62,560 nt of DNA from an uncultured Candidatus Kuenenia sp. (GCA_964453165.1 CAYVNX010000005.1:1-62560), one strand, 5' to 3'. Shown: positions 17,935 through 27,147, counted from the first letter of the stretch. Translations and numbers: made by a program. Notes: generated by a model not told the origin, from the sequence alone.

Positions 17935-19107
17935 TCAGAATTCATCGTCAAACGGCCGTCGAGCCTCGGACTCCCGAGCGGCCGAGCCCTGCTCGAGTGG
18001 GCACTTTCCCGACTCACAGGCTGACCCGCAGTCCGAACCACAATCTTTGCAGCCACCTTGTTCGCACTTCTGGCCATCGCACTTGGCGCAGCGACACTCG
18101 TCACAGCCGCAGCCAGCCTTCTTTTTGGCGGCGATCCGCGCCTCGATCGTGACCTCGATTTTGTCGGCCAAAGCTTCGGTCATCTCCCAGACGTCGTCGG
18201 CCCGGGCATTCCAGGCGATCAGGCAGGTCTTGCCGCGGGTCGTCGTCTCCAGGCCCTCGAAGAGCTTCATCACGCCCTTCTCCTTGCCCAGCCCGAGCGC
18301 GACGGTGGCCGCAAGTCCCTCCGCCGCGTCTTCGGCCAGCCCGGCCGCCGTGTCAGACTCCATGTCGAGCCGGGCTCGATAGAACGACTCGCCGTCGCTC
18401 TCACCCATTGCCACGCGGAAGCCTTCGCCCTGCCGCAGCACGGGGCACTTCGTATCAGGATCGACCTTGGAGGCCCGGGCCACGAGGATCGATCCGGGGC
18501 GGGTGCGGCCCGCCAACGGGCTCTCCAGGCCCGCCGCCGAGGCCTCGCCGGCGAGCACATCGAGCGCCTGCTCCACTTGGCCGGCGGTGCGGGCGAAGAC
18601 CATCAGGTTGTCCTTGAAGAAGGCGCCCACCACCTTCTCGCCCTTGTGACCCTTCCAGCCCTTGTGCGTCCAGGCATGCAGCACGTAGCCACGATGCTTC
18701 ATCGTCTCGTGATCGCGGGCCTTCTCGACCATCTTCTCCAGGAACGCGCGATTGGCGTCGGCGTGGACGATCATGACCGCGTTTTTCTTGTCGGTGTCGA
18801 GCCCGTAGACCGTGACGTCGTGCAGATCCTTCCGCGGATCCATGCCCGAAAGCCCCGCAGCCATCCCCATCATGTTCTCGACTTCGGGATGCTTCCGCAC
18901 GACCCGCTCATACATCCGCCGCATGACAGTCGATTCCCGGGCGGCGTCCATGTCGGCATGCATCAGCCAGACGGCGGCGGCCGGCACCCGCGCGAGGTCG
19001 AGCGGCTCTGCGTTGGTGGACCGGGCCGCGGCGAACGCGGCGCAGGCAGCAAGCAGGACGAGGAAGGCAGGGCGAGACAGCGGCATGGCGGAGCTCCGGA
19101 ATGGCAT
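17935..19107 (-). CDS. Secreted protein with Met- and His-rich patches and a C-terminal cluster of 11 Cys
   Basis: Signal peptide PAFLVLLAACAAFAAA. Patches NMMGMAAGLSGM and HETMKHRGYVLHAWTHKGWKGHKGEK. C-terminus CGCDECRCAKCDGQKCEQGGCKDCGSDCGSACESGKC (nt 18001-18111). Confidence 0.7.
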   Translation of the reverse strand: MPFRSSAMPLSRPAFLVLLAACAAFAAARSTNAEPLDLARVPAAAVWLMHADMDAARESTVMRRMYERVVRKHPEVENMMGMAAGLSGMDPRKDLHDVTVYGLDTDKKNAVMIVHADANRAFLEKMVEKARDHETMKHRGYVLHAWTHKGWKGHKGEKVVGAFFKDNLMVFARTAGQVEQALDVLAGEASAAGLESPLAGRTRPGSILVARASKVDPDTKCPVLRQGEGFRVAMGESDGESFYRARLDMESDTAAGLAEDAAEGLAATVALGLGKEKGVMKLFEGLETTTRGKTCLIAWNARADDVWEMTEALADKIEVTIEARIAAKKKAGCGCDECRCAKCDGQKCEQGGCKDCGSDCGSACESGKCPLEQGSAARESEARRPFDDEF

Positions 19108-19163
19108 GTCGATCGAACGCGGTCGTTCCTTGCTCTGTATACCCCGCCCGCGGGCCCAAGGTT

Positions 19164-20201
19164 TCAGCCGACCCAGGTCTTGGAACGCTCTCCCGGCACC
19201 TCCCGGACGAGCCGGGGCACTGCGTAGCCTGGGAGGGATTCCCGCACGTGTCGGTGGAAGGCCACTGCCTCGGCCTCGGGCACCTCGAAGTGGGCGGCCC
19301 CGCGGACGCGGTCGAGTAGGTGGAGGTAGTACGGCATCACGCCGATTTCGATGAGCCGTTCGGAGAGCGACCGCAGCACCTCACCGGAGTCGTTCACGCC
19401 CCGGAGCAGGACAGCCTGGTTCAGGAGCAGGATCGCCGGGAGGGATGCCAATCCCGCCACGGCCTCGGCGACGGAGCCGTCGAGTTCGGCCGGATGGTTG
19501 GCATGGATCACGACGGTCTTGGCCAGCCGCGTCGACTCGAGCACTCCGAGCAGAGTCCGGTCGACCCGGCTCGGCAGCACGACCGGCAGCCGTGAATGAA
19601 TCCGGAGCCGCCGCAGATGCGGCACCGCATCGAGCCGCTCGACGACCTCCTCCAGCAGCGAGTCGTCGGCGAGCAGCGGATCGCCGCCGGACAGAATCAC
19701 CTCGGTGAGCGAGGGATCGGCCGCGATCACGGCCAGGGCCTGGTCGATCCCCCGCCGACTCACGCCCCGATCGGCGTAGGGAAAGTCGCGCCGGAAGCAG
19801 TAACGGCAATTCACGGCGCAGCCGCCGGTGACGAGAAGGAGGGCCCGCCCCGTGTATTTCCGCACGAGTCCGGGCCCCGCCTGAAAGCGGCCCTCGTCGA
19901 GCGGGTCGGCCGTGAAGCCCGCGGCCCCTTCGGTCTCGGCGGAGAGGGGCAGCACCTGCCGCAGGAGCGGATCGTCGGGATCGCCGCGGCGCATCCGGGC
20001 GGCGAAGCCCCGGGGCACGAGGAAGGGAAATCCCGCCACCGACCGCTCCGCCTCCGCGGCGACTGCCCCGCCGAGCCCGAGAAACCGGCAGAGTTCGGCC
20101 GGATCGCGGAACGCCTCGGCCAGTTCCCTCCGCCAGGCCGCACCGACTCCGCGATCGGAAGCGACGACGGAGGGCGGGAGGAGCACCGAGGGCGGCGTCA
20201 T
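19164..20201 (-). CDS. epmB: EF-P beta-lysylation protein EpmB (KamA-family radical SAM lysine 2,3-aminomutase)
   Basis: Radical-SAM CAVNCRYCFRR motif, KamA-like length, and divergent adjacency to efp. ATG at 20201; the track start at 20270 is an extension. Confidence 0.8.
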   Translation of the reverse strand: MTPPSVLLPPSVVASDRGVGAAWRRELAEAFRDPAELCRFLGLGGAVAAEAERSVAGFPFLVPRGFAARMRRGDPDDPLLRQVLPLSAETEGAAGFTADPLDEGRFQAGPGLVRKYTGRALLLVTGGCAVNCRYCFRRDFPYADRGVSRRGIDQALAVIAADPSLTEVILSGGDPLLADDSLLEEVVERLDAVPHLRRLRIHSRLPVVLPSRVDRTLLGVLESTRLAKTVVIHANHPAELDGSVAEAVAGLASLPAILLLNQAVLLRGVNDSGEVLRSLSERLIEIGVMPYYLHLLDRVRGAAHFEVPEAEAVAFHRHVRESLPGYAVPRLVREVPGERSKTWVG

Positions 20202-20392
20202 GATGGATCGCTCCGGGAGAGACTGGCGGAAACCGGCTCCGGGATCGCGGCGTTGACAGCCGCGGCCCACATGACCAACCTTGGGGGCCTTTCGCGACCC
20301 ACGCAGCCCGGATCATACGGCCCGCCGCCGCAGTTCGCCAAAGATCGCCCCGGTCGCCGGGGCCTCGCCGTCATATCCCCAAGGAGTTCCCC

Positions 20393-20962
20393 GTGCCCGC
20401 TTACAACACCAGCGAATTCAAGAAGGGCCTCAAGGTTCAGATCGACGGTGATCCCTACATCATGATCGAGTGCAATTTCGTGAAGCCCGGCAAGGGGCAG
20501 GCGCTCTACAAGTGCAAGCTGCGGAACCTGCTGCGGAACACGGTCCTCGACCGCACCTACAAGAGCGGTGACTCGCTCGATGCCGCCGACATCACCACGA
20601 TCGACGCCCAGTTCCTCTACAAGCAGGGCGAGGCGTTCGTGTTCATGGACCAGGAGAGCTACGAGCAATACGAGCTATCGAAGGAACAGGTCGACGACGC
20701 CTGGAAGTGGATCAAGGAAGGCACCGTCTGCTCGATGCTGCTCTACAACGGCAATCCGATCTCGATGGAGCCGCCCCAGCACATGGTCCTGCTCGTCGAG
20801 TACGCCGAGCCGGCCGTCCGTGGGAACACCGCGACGAACCTCACGAAGCCCGTCAAGCTCGAGACCGGGGCCGAGATCATGGTGCCGGCCTTCATCGAGC
20901 AGGGGGAGACCGTCAAGGTCGACACCCGCACCGGGGATTACCTGGAACGGGTCAAGGTCTGA
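20393..20962 (+). CDS. efp: Elongation factor P
   Basis: SEFKKGLKVQIDGDPYIMIECNFVKPGKGQALYKCKLRNL contains the KPGKGQA loop. aaggag lies 7 nt upstream of the GTG start. Confidence 0.93.
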   Translation: MPAYNTSEFKKGLKVQIDGDPYIMIECNFVKPGKGQALYKCKLRNLLRNTVLDRTYKSGDSLDAADITTIDAQFLYKQGEAFVFMDQESYEQYELSKEQVDDAWKWIKEGTVCSMLLYNGNPISMEPPQHMVLLVEYAEPAVRGNTATNLTKPVKLETGAEIMVPAFIEQGETVKVDTRTGDYLERVKV

Positions 20963-21002
20963 GACCGACCGACATCGGCCCCGTTTGAAGCAGACCCGGA
21001 TT

Positions 21003-21023
21003 CCGCAGGCTGCAAGCCTGCGG
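21003..21023. terminator. Hairpin in the convergent efp/proS gap
   Basis: ccgcaggc-tgcaa-gcctgcgg is a perfect 8-bp stem. It could serve both strands. No U-tract. Confidence 0.3.
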
Positions 21024-21093
21024 CCACGGATAGAATCGCCCACAACCTCAATCAGCAGCTCCGGCCCGGTAGGCCCACTGCGGAGCCTATGAA

Positions 21094-22584
21094 TCAGTAG
21101 GAGCGGGCCAGCACGCTCCGCCGCGACACCTCGCGGCCGGTCACGACGCACACGCCGGGCTCGTCGGGGCCGTCCATCGGGACGCACCGCACGGTCACCT
21201 TGAGCGGGTCGAGCAGCGTGGCGATCGCCGGATCGTCGGCGACGTGCACATGGGCGAAGCCGGCGTCACCGCGACCGAAATACTCCGTGACCTCGGCCGC
21301 CGACCCGAGTTGCACGCTGCGGGCTTTCCGCAACGCCACTGCCCGGTCGAAAAGCCCCCGCTGGATCTCCTCGAGCAGGCCCGGCAGCCGCTGCGGCAGC
21401 TCGGCCAGGGGAATCGCCTCCCGCTCCTTCGGACCACGATCACGCCGCGTTACGCTCGCCGTGCCGGCCGCCAGATCCCGCGGTCCGATCTCGATCCGCA
21501 CCGGCACGCCCTGCTTCACGTGCTGCCAGACCTTGTCGCCCCCGCGGAGGTCGCGGGCGTCCGTCTTCACCCGCACCGGGCCGCCAGCGAAGTCCGCCGC
21601 AGCGAGTGCCGCCTCGAGCGAGCGGCAGGCATCCAGCACCGCGGTCCGCTCCTCGTCGGTCCGTGAGATCGGCAGGATCACGGCGTGATGCGGCGCGATC
21701 CGTGGCGGCAGCACGAGCCCGTCGTCGTCGGAGTGGGTCATGATCACGGCGCCGATCAGCCGGGTGGAGACGCCCCACGAGGTCGTCCAGCAGAATTCCT
21801 CGGTCCCTGACACGCCGGCGAACTTGATGTTCTGGGCCTTGGCGAAGTTCTGGCCGAGGAAGTGCGACGTGCCCGCCTGGAGGGCCTTGCCGTCCTGCAT
21901 CATCGCCTCGATCGAGTAGGTATCGACCGCCCCTGGAAACCGCTCGCCGGCCGGCTTCGGCCCCTTGATCACCGGCATCGCCAGGTCCCGCTCGGCGAAC
22001 GTGGCGTAGACGTCGAGCATCCGCAGCGTCTCCTCGACCGCCTCCTCACGGCTAGCGTGGGCCGTGTGCCCCTCCTGCCAGAGGAACTCGGCCGTCCGCA
22101 GGAAGACCCGGGGCCGCATCTCCCAGCGGACCACGTTCGCCCACTGGTTGATCAAGACCGGCAGGTCCCGCCACGACTGGATCCATTTGGCGTAGGTCGC
22201 GCCGATGATCGTCTCGCTCGTGGGCCGCACGACGAGCGGCTCCTCGAGCTTGCCGGTCGGGATCAGCTTGCCATCTGGGCCGAGTTCCAGCCGGTGGTGC
22301 GTGACGACGGCACACTCTTTGGCGAAGCCCTCGACATGCTTCGCCTCCTGCTCGAGGTAGGAGAGCGGAATGAAGAGCGGGAAGTAGGCGTTGACGTGGC
22401 CCGTGGCCTTGAACATCCCGTCGAGGATGCCCTGCATCCGCTCCCAGATGGCATAGCCGTGGGGCTTGATCACCATGCAGCCGCGAACGGCCGACTGTTC
22501 GGCGAGGTCGGCGGCCTTGACGACCTGCTGATACCACTCGGGATAGTCTTCGGCACGGGTCGGGCTGATGGCGGTGGCTGGCAT
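21094..22584 (-). CDS. proS: Proline-tRNA ligase (archaeal/eukaryote-like type)
   Basis: MPATAISPTRAEDYPEWYQQVVKAADLAE...MVIKPHGYAIWE. ATG at 22584; the track ORF extends to 22908 through the intergenic region. Confidence 0.9.
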   Translation of the reverse strand: MPATAISPTRAEDYPEWYQQVVKAADLAEQSAVRGCMVIKPHGYAIWERMQGILDGMFKATGHVNAYFPLFIPLSYLEQEAKHVEGFAKECAVVTHHRLELGPDGKLIPTGKLEEPLVVRPTSETIIGATYAKWIQSWRDLPVLINQWANVVRWEMRPRVFLRTAEFLWQEGHTAHASREEAVEETLRMLDVYATFAERDLAMPVIKGPKPAGERFPGAVDTYSIEAMMQDGKALQAGTSHFLGQNFAKAQNIKFAGVSGTEEFCWTTSWGVSTRLIGAVIMTHSDDDGLVLPPRIAPHHAVILPISRTDEERTAVLDACRSLEAALAAADFAGGPVRVKTDARDLRGGDKVWQHVKQGVPVRIEIGPRDLAAGTASVTRRDRGPKEREAIPLAELPQRLPGLLEEIQRGLFDRAVALRKARSVQLGSAAEVTEYFGRGDAGFAHVHVADDPAIATLLDPLKVTVRCVPMDGPDEPGVCVVTGREVSRRSVLARSY

Positions 22585-22716
22585 CGGGTTCCTCGCGGGT
22601 TTCGTGGCCGCGGATTGTAGCGGCAGCGTCGTGGTTTCGACCGTGCCAGTTCTCGATCGAGATGGCGAGGCTCGGGGGTCGGCGAACGCTCGCGGAGCAT
22701 CGGGGCGTATCTTCGC

Positions 22717-22750
22717 CCGCGACGCGACTTTTGCCGCCCCCGAGCCGGTG
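22717..22750 (-). repeat. Conserved 34-nt box, copy 2 (about 130 nt upstream of proS, same orientation as proS)
   Basis: The reverse complement reads caccggctcgggggcggcaaaagtcgcgtcgcgg. Confidence 0.85.
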
Positions 22751-22816
22751 GAGCCTTGGCACGGCACCGACTCGGCATTTGTGGCGGCGGGCCCGGGGGC
22801 CGTAGACTCTCCCCCA

Positions 22817-23782
22817 ATGGCCCGTCGCTTGATTTCGGAACTGCCGCCGCAGACGCAGGTGGACCAGGTCTTCCTGGCGACCCATAAGCAGTTGCGACCC
22901 AACCGCAACGGGCAACTCTATCTGCAGGTCGACCTCGCCGACAAGAGCGGCATGATCACGGGTCGGCTCTGGAACGCCTCCGACGCTGACTTCGCCGCCT
23001 TCGAGGATGGCGACTATGTGCGGGTGGAGGGGCATACCCAGCTCTACTCGGGCTCGACCCAGATCATCATCGCGGCGATCGAGCGGGCCGATCCGGGCAC
23101 GGTGGACGAGCGGGAGTTTCGCGTGCTCACCGAGGCCGATCTCGATCGGTTGTTCGCCGAGCTCCGCGGCCTGCTCGCCGGCCTGCGGCCACCGCTCGAC
23201 GACCTCGTGGCGGCGATCGTCGACGACACCGAGTTGATGGCCGCCCTGGCCCGCACGCCGGCCGGCGTGAAGCATCACCATGCCTACGCCGGCGGCCTGC
23301 TCGATCATGTGGTCAACCTCCTGCGGCTGGCCGACCTCGTGGCCCCGCTCTATCCCGACATGGACCGCGACCTGCTGCTCGTCGGGGTGCTGGTGCACGA
23401 CATCGGCAAGACCGTGGAACTCGAGAGCGAGAAGGGCTTCTCCTACACCGATGCCGGCCAACTACTGGGGCACGTGCTGCTCGGTCTCGAGATCGTGGAC
23501 GCCAAGATCCGGGCGGTCGAGGCGGCCACGGGCCGGCCGTTCGATGCCGAGACGGGGATCCGCGTGAAACACATGATTGCCAGCCACCACGGATCCTACG
23601 AGTTCGGCTCGCCCAAGCTTCCCATGACGCTCGAGGCGGTGGCCCTCCACCATCTCGACCACCTCGACGCCAAGATGGCCGGCACGATCCAGCTCCTCCG
23701 GAGTGAGGCCTCGATCGAGGGCGGCTGGACGCAGTTCCAGCAGTCGGTCGGCCGCAAGTTCTTCCGGGGGCGGGCCCCATGA
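22817..23782 (+). CDS. OB-fold plus HD-domain protein (YhaM-like 3'-5' exoribonuclease family)
   Basis: N-terminal OB-like segment YLQVDLADKSGMITGRLWNASD...YVRVEG. HD motifs HHHAYAGGLLDH, LVHDIGK and IASHHG. ATG at 22817. Confidence 0.7.
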   Translation: MARRLISELPPQTQVDQVFLATHKQLRPNRNGQLYLQVDLADKSGMITGRLWNASDADFAAFEDGDYVRVEGHTQLYSGSTQIIIAAIERADPGTVDEREFRVLTEADLDRLFAELRGLLAGLRPPLDDLVAAIVDDTELMAALARTPAGVKHHHAYAGGLLDHVVNLLRLADLVAPLYPDMDRDLLLVGVLVHDIGKTVELESEKGFSYTDAGQLLGHVLLGLEIVDAKIRAVEAATGRPFDAETGIRVKHMIASHHGSYEFGSPKLPMTLEAVALHHLDHLDAKMAGTIQLLRSEASIEGGWTQFQQSVGRKFFRGRAP

Positions 23783-25866
23783 CCCGTCAGCGGCCGAAGC
23801 CGCCCAAGCCTGCCGGCCGCGGCGGCGACGGTGTAATCGGCACGTTTCGCCGATCCGCCGGCGGCTATGGCTTTGTGCGGCCCGAAGGAGCGTTGCCGGG
23901 CGACCGCTCGAACGACATCCATGTCGCCGCCGCCGCCGCCCTCGACGCGGCCAACGGCGACACGGTGCGGGTGCGGCTCGCCGGCGGCCGCGATGTCCGC
24001 CGGCCGGGGCCCGCGGGCGAGATCGTCGAGGTGATCACCCGGCGGACCACCCGATTCGTTGGCTCCTATTTCGAGAAGGCCAAGGGGAGCTGGGTGCAGG
24101 TCGATGGCACCGGCTTCACCCGGCCGATCTCGGTGGGCGATCCCGGGGCGAAGGGCGTGCACGAGGGCGACAAGGTCGTCGTCGAGGTGGTGCGGTTTCC
24201 CTCGCACCTCCGCGACGGCGAGGGGGTGGTGGTCGAGGTGCTCGGCCAGGCGGGCGACGTGGGCGTCGATACGCAGACCGTGATCCACGAATACGGTCTG
24301 CCCGGGCCCTTCCCTGAGGCCGCCCTCGATGACGCGCGGCGGCAAGCGGAGCTGTTCGACGCGACGATCCCGGCCGACCGCCGCGATCTCACCGAACGCA
24401 CGATCATCACGATCGACCCGGTCGATGCCCGCGACTTCGACGATGCCATCTCGCTCGAGCGGGTCGAGCGGGGCCACTGGCTGTTGGGCGTGCACATCGC
24501 CGACGTCTCCCACTTCGTCCGTGAGGGCTCGCCGCTCGACCAGGAAGCCCGAGCCCGAGGCACGAGCGTCTACCTGCCCGACCGCGTCATCCCGATGATC
24601 CCCGAGATCGTCTCCAACAACCTCGCCAGCCTTCAGCCCGATCGGATTCGCTACGCCAAGACCTGCTGGATCGAATTCACCGCCGACGGCGCTCCGGTCC
24701 ACTCGGCGGTCGAACCTTCGGCGATCAGGAGCTGCCGGCGGTTCGCCTACGAGGAGGTGGATGTCTTCCTCGCCGATCCCACCACCCGCGCCGTCGAGAT
24801 GACCGAGGAGGTGCGGGAACTGCTCGGCCGGATGCGGGACCTCGCGCGAATCCTCCGGAGCCGACGGATGGCGCGCGGGGCGCTGCAGCTCGAGATGCCC
24901 GAAGTGAAGATCGACCTCGACCGCGACGGCCGGGTGACGGGCGCCCACGTGACCGAGAACACCGAGAGCCACCAGATCATCGAGGAGTTCATGCTCTCCG
25001 CCAACGAGGCGGTGGCCGGGGCGCTGGCGGCGGCCGGCGCAGGATTCCTCCGTCGCATTCATCCGTCTCCCGACATGCGAAAGCTCCGGCAGCTGACGGA
25101 GTTCGTCACCGAACTCGGCTTCGAGGTCGACTCGCTCGAGAGCCGGTTCGAGCTCCAGCGGCTGCTCGACATGGCCCGCGGCCGGCCGGAGGAGCATGCC
25201 GTGCACTACGCCGTACTCCGCAGCCTGACGCGGGCCGCCTACGGCCCTCAGGAAGACGGCCACTACGCCCTGGCGAGCGACTGCTACTGCCACTTCACAT
25301 CGCCGATCCGTCGCTATCCCGATCTCACGATCCACCGTGCGATCGAGGCGATCGCACGCGGCCAGCGGCCGCCGGCCGACAACCTGATCCAACTCGGCCA
25401 CGAGTGCTCCGACCTCGAGCGGCGGGCGGAGGCGGCCGAGCGGGAACTCGTGAAGCTCAAGTTGCTGCTCTTCCTCTCCTCCCGGATCGGGATGGAGATG
25501 GACGCGGTGATCACGGGTGTCGAGGCGTTCGGGATTTTCGTGCAGGGCCTGGCCTTGCCCGCCGAGGGGCTCGTGCCGCTCGACGCCCTGCCCGACGACA
25601 CCTACCGCTACGACCGCGCGAGCCACACGCTCTCCGGCCGCCGCGCAGGCCAGAGCTACCGGCTCGGCGACCGGCTGCGGGTGGCGGTCGGCCGGGTCGA
25701 TCTCGATCGCCGCGAACTCAACTTCCGGCTCGTCGATGGGCACGTCCGCCGGGGCAAGCGGCCACCCCGGTCCCCCCACGCTCCCGCGAAGAACAGCGGC
25801 CGTGGCCGGCCGGCCCAACCCCGCGGCCGCCCCGTGAAAAAGAGCCGCAAGCGACCCCGGCTGTAG
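23779..25866 (+). CDS. rnr: Ribonuclease R (RNB family, C-terminal S1 and basic tail)
   Basis: RNB motifs IDPVDARDFDDAISLE, YLPDRVIPMIPE and HYALASDCYCHFTSPIRRYPDL. ATGA overlap with the upstream gene. Confidence 0.9.
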   Translation: MTRQRPKPPKPAGRGGDGVIGTFRRSAGGYGFVRPEGALPGDRSNDIHVAAAAALDAANGDTVRVRLAGGRDVRRPGPAGEIVEVITRRTTRFVGSYFEKAKGSWVQVDGTGFTRPISVGDPGAKGVHEGDKVVVEVVRFPSHLRDGEGVVVEVLGQAGDVGVDTQTVIHEYGLPGPFPEAALDDARRQAELFDATIPADRRDLTERTIITIDPVDARDFDDAISLERVERGHWLLGVHIADVSHFVREGSPLDQEARARGTSVYLPDRVIPMIPEIVSNNLASLQPDRIRYAKTCWIEFTADGAPVHSAVEPSAIRSCRRFAYEEVDVFLADPTTRAVEMTEEVRELLGRMRDLARILRSRRMARGALQLEMPEVKIDLDRDGRVTGAHVTENTESHQIIEEFMLSANEAVAGALAAAGAGFLRRIHPSPDMRKLRQLTEFVTELGFEVDSLESRFELQRLLDMARGRPEEHAVHYAVLRSLTRAAYGPQEDGHYALASDCYCHFTSPIRRYPDLTIHRAIEAIARGQRPPADNLIQLGHECSDLERRAEAAERELVKLKLLLFLSSRIGMEMDAVITGVEAFGIFVQGLALPAEGLVPLDALPDDTYRYDRASHTLSGRRAGQSYRLGDRLRVAVGRVDLDRRELNFRLVDGHVRRGKRPPRSPHAPAKNSGRGRPAQPRGRPVKKSRKRPRL

Positions 25867-25878
25867 GGGACTCTCGTT

Positions 25879-25903
25879 CACCGGCTCGGGGGCGGCAAAA
25901 CGC
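25879..25903 (+). repeat. Conserved box, copy 3 (shorter; about 70 nt upstream of gcvT)
   Basis: caccggctcgggggcggcaaaacgc shares its first 23 nt with copy 2 and then diverges. Confidence 0.75.
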
Positions 25904-25974
25904 TGGCTCATCGGATCGGGTACGACTATCCTCCGATCGTCACTTCATTCGACCCTCACGGAAAGCCGCTGCTG

Positions 25975-27147
25975 GTGACCACCCCCCTGCTTGAGACCCC
26001 GCTCTGCTCCTGGCACTCCGCCCACGGCGGCCGGATGGTCGACTTCGCCGGCTGGCGGATGCCGGTGCAGTACGACTCGATCGTCGAGGAGCATCTGGCC
26101 ACGCGGCAGGCGGCTGGCATTTTTGACGTCTCGCACATGGGTCGGCTCAGCGTGACCGGCCCGGAAAGCGGGGGTTGGCTCGAGGCGATGCTCACCCGCC
26201 GGGTCGCCGACCTCGGCGTCGGCCAGGTGCGCTATACCCTCGTCACGAGTGACGAGGGCCCGCGGGGCGTCAGCATCCTCGATGACGCCCTCGTGGCCCG
26301 CGAGGCCGATGCTGCCGGGGGCGCACCACGATTCTCGCTGGTGGTCAACGCCAGCAACCGGGAGCGGGTGGTGGCCTGGCTTCGGAGCCGGCTCCCGGCG
26401 GCAGGTGTTTCGCTCGCCGACCACACGTTCGAGACGGCGATGCTCGCCGTGCAGGGACCGCTCGCGGTCGCGATCGTCACGCAACTCTGTTCGGCTGCCG
26501 ACGCAGCTGCGATCACCTCGCTGCGAAGCTATCGGGCCGCCGCCGGAGTCGTGGCCAGCCGGTCTGCGGCGGTCAGCCGCACCGGCTACACGGGCGAGGA
26601 CGGCCTGGAACTCGTCGTGGCGGCCGCCGATGCCCTGCCGGTCTGGGAGGCGATCATGGAGGCCGGCGCGGCCGGGGGCCTGCGGGCCTGCGGGCTGGGA
26701 GCCCGCGACACGCTCCGGCTCGAGGCCGGCATGCCGCTCTATGGGCACGAACTCATGGCCGACAGCGATCCCTTCGCGGTCGGGCTGGGCTTTGCTCTCA
26801 ACCTGATCGCTGCGGATGGCGGCCAGCGGAGCTTTCCCGGCGCCGAGCCGCTCCGGCGGATGCAGGCCGAGCCCGGCGCGAGGGTGAGGATCGGCCTGGT
26901 CTTCGAGGGCAAGCGGGCGGCGCGCGAGTCGGCGGCGGTCACGCAGCCGGCTCAGCCCGACGCGGTGGTCGGCGTGGTGACCAGCGGCAGCTACTGCCCC
27001 ACGCTCGGCTCGGCGGCGGCGATGGCGGTCGTCGATCGAGCCGTGGCGGAGGAGGGAAGACCGCTGGATGTGATGATTCGCGATACCGCCTGCCGGGCCA
27101 CCGTCACCCCCCTCCCTTTCTACCGGCGGCCCGCCTCACAAACCTGA
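25975..27147 (+). CDS. gcvT: Glycine cleavage system aminomethyltransferase (T protein)
   Basis: TPLCSWHSAHGGRMVDFAGWRMPVQYDSIVEEHLATRQAAGIFDVSHMG. GTG start. Confidence 0.92.
   Translation: MTTPLLETPLCSWHSAHGGRMVDFAGWRMPVQYDSIVEEHLATRQAAGIFDVSHMGRLSVTGPESGGWLEAMLTRRVADLGVGQVRYTLVTSDEGPRGVSILDDALVAREADAAGGAPRFSLVVNASNRERVVAWLRSRLPAAGVSLADHTFETAMLAVQGPLAVAIVTQLCSAADAAAITSLRSYRAAAGVVASRSAAVSRTGYTGEDGLELVVAAADALPVWEAIMEAGAAGGLRACGLGARDTLRLEAGMPLYGHELMADSDPFAVGLGFALNLIAADGGQRSFPGAEPLRRMQAEPGARVRIGLVFEGKRAARESAAVTQPAQPDAVVGVVTSGSYCPTLGSAAAMAVVDRAVAEEGRPLDVMIRDTACRATVTPLPFYRRPASQT

Noticed and set aside
25867-25974. A glycine riboswitch upstream of gcvT.
   Set aside because: This is the expected location, and caccggctcgggggcggcaaaa loosely recalls the CACCGAAGGGGCAA core. 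However, the GGAGAG and CTCAGGCAAAAGGAC elements are absent. The same box also occurs upstream of proS and a secreted protein gene, which argues against a glycine aptamer. An Rfam scan would settle it.
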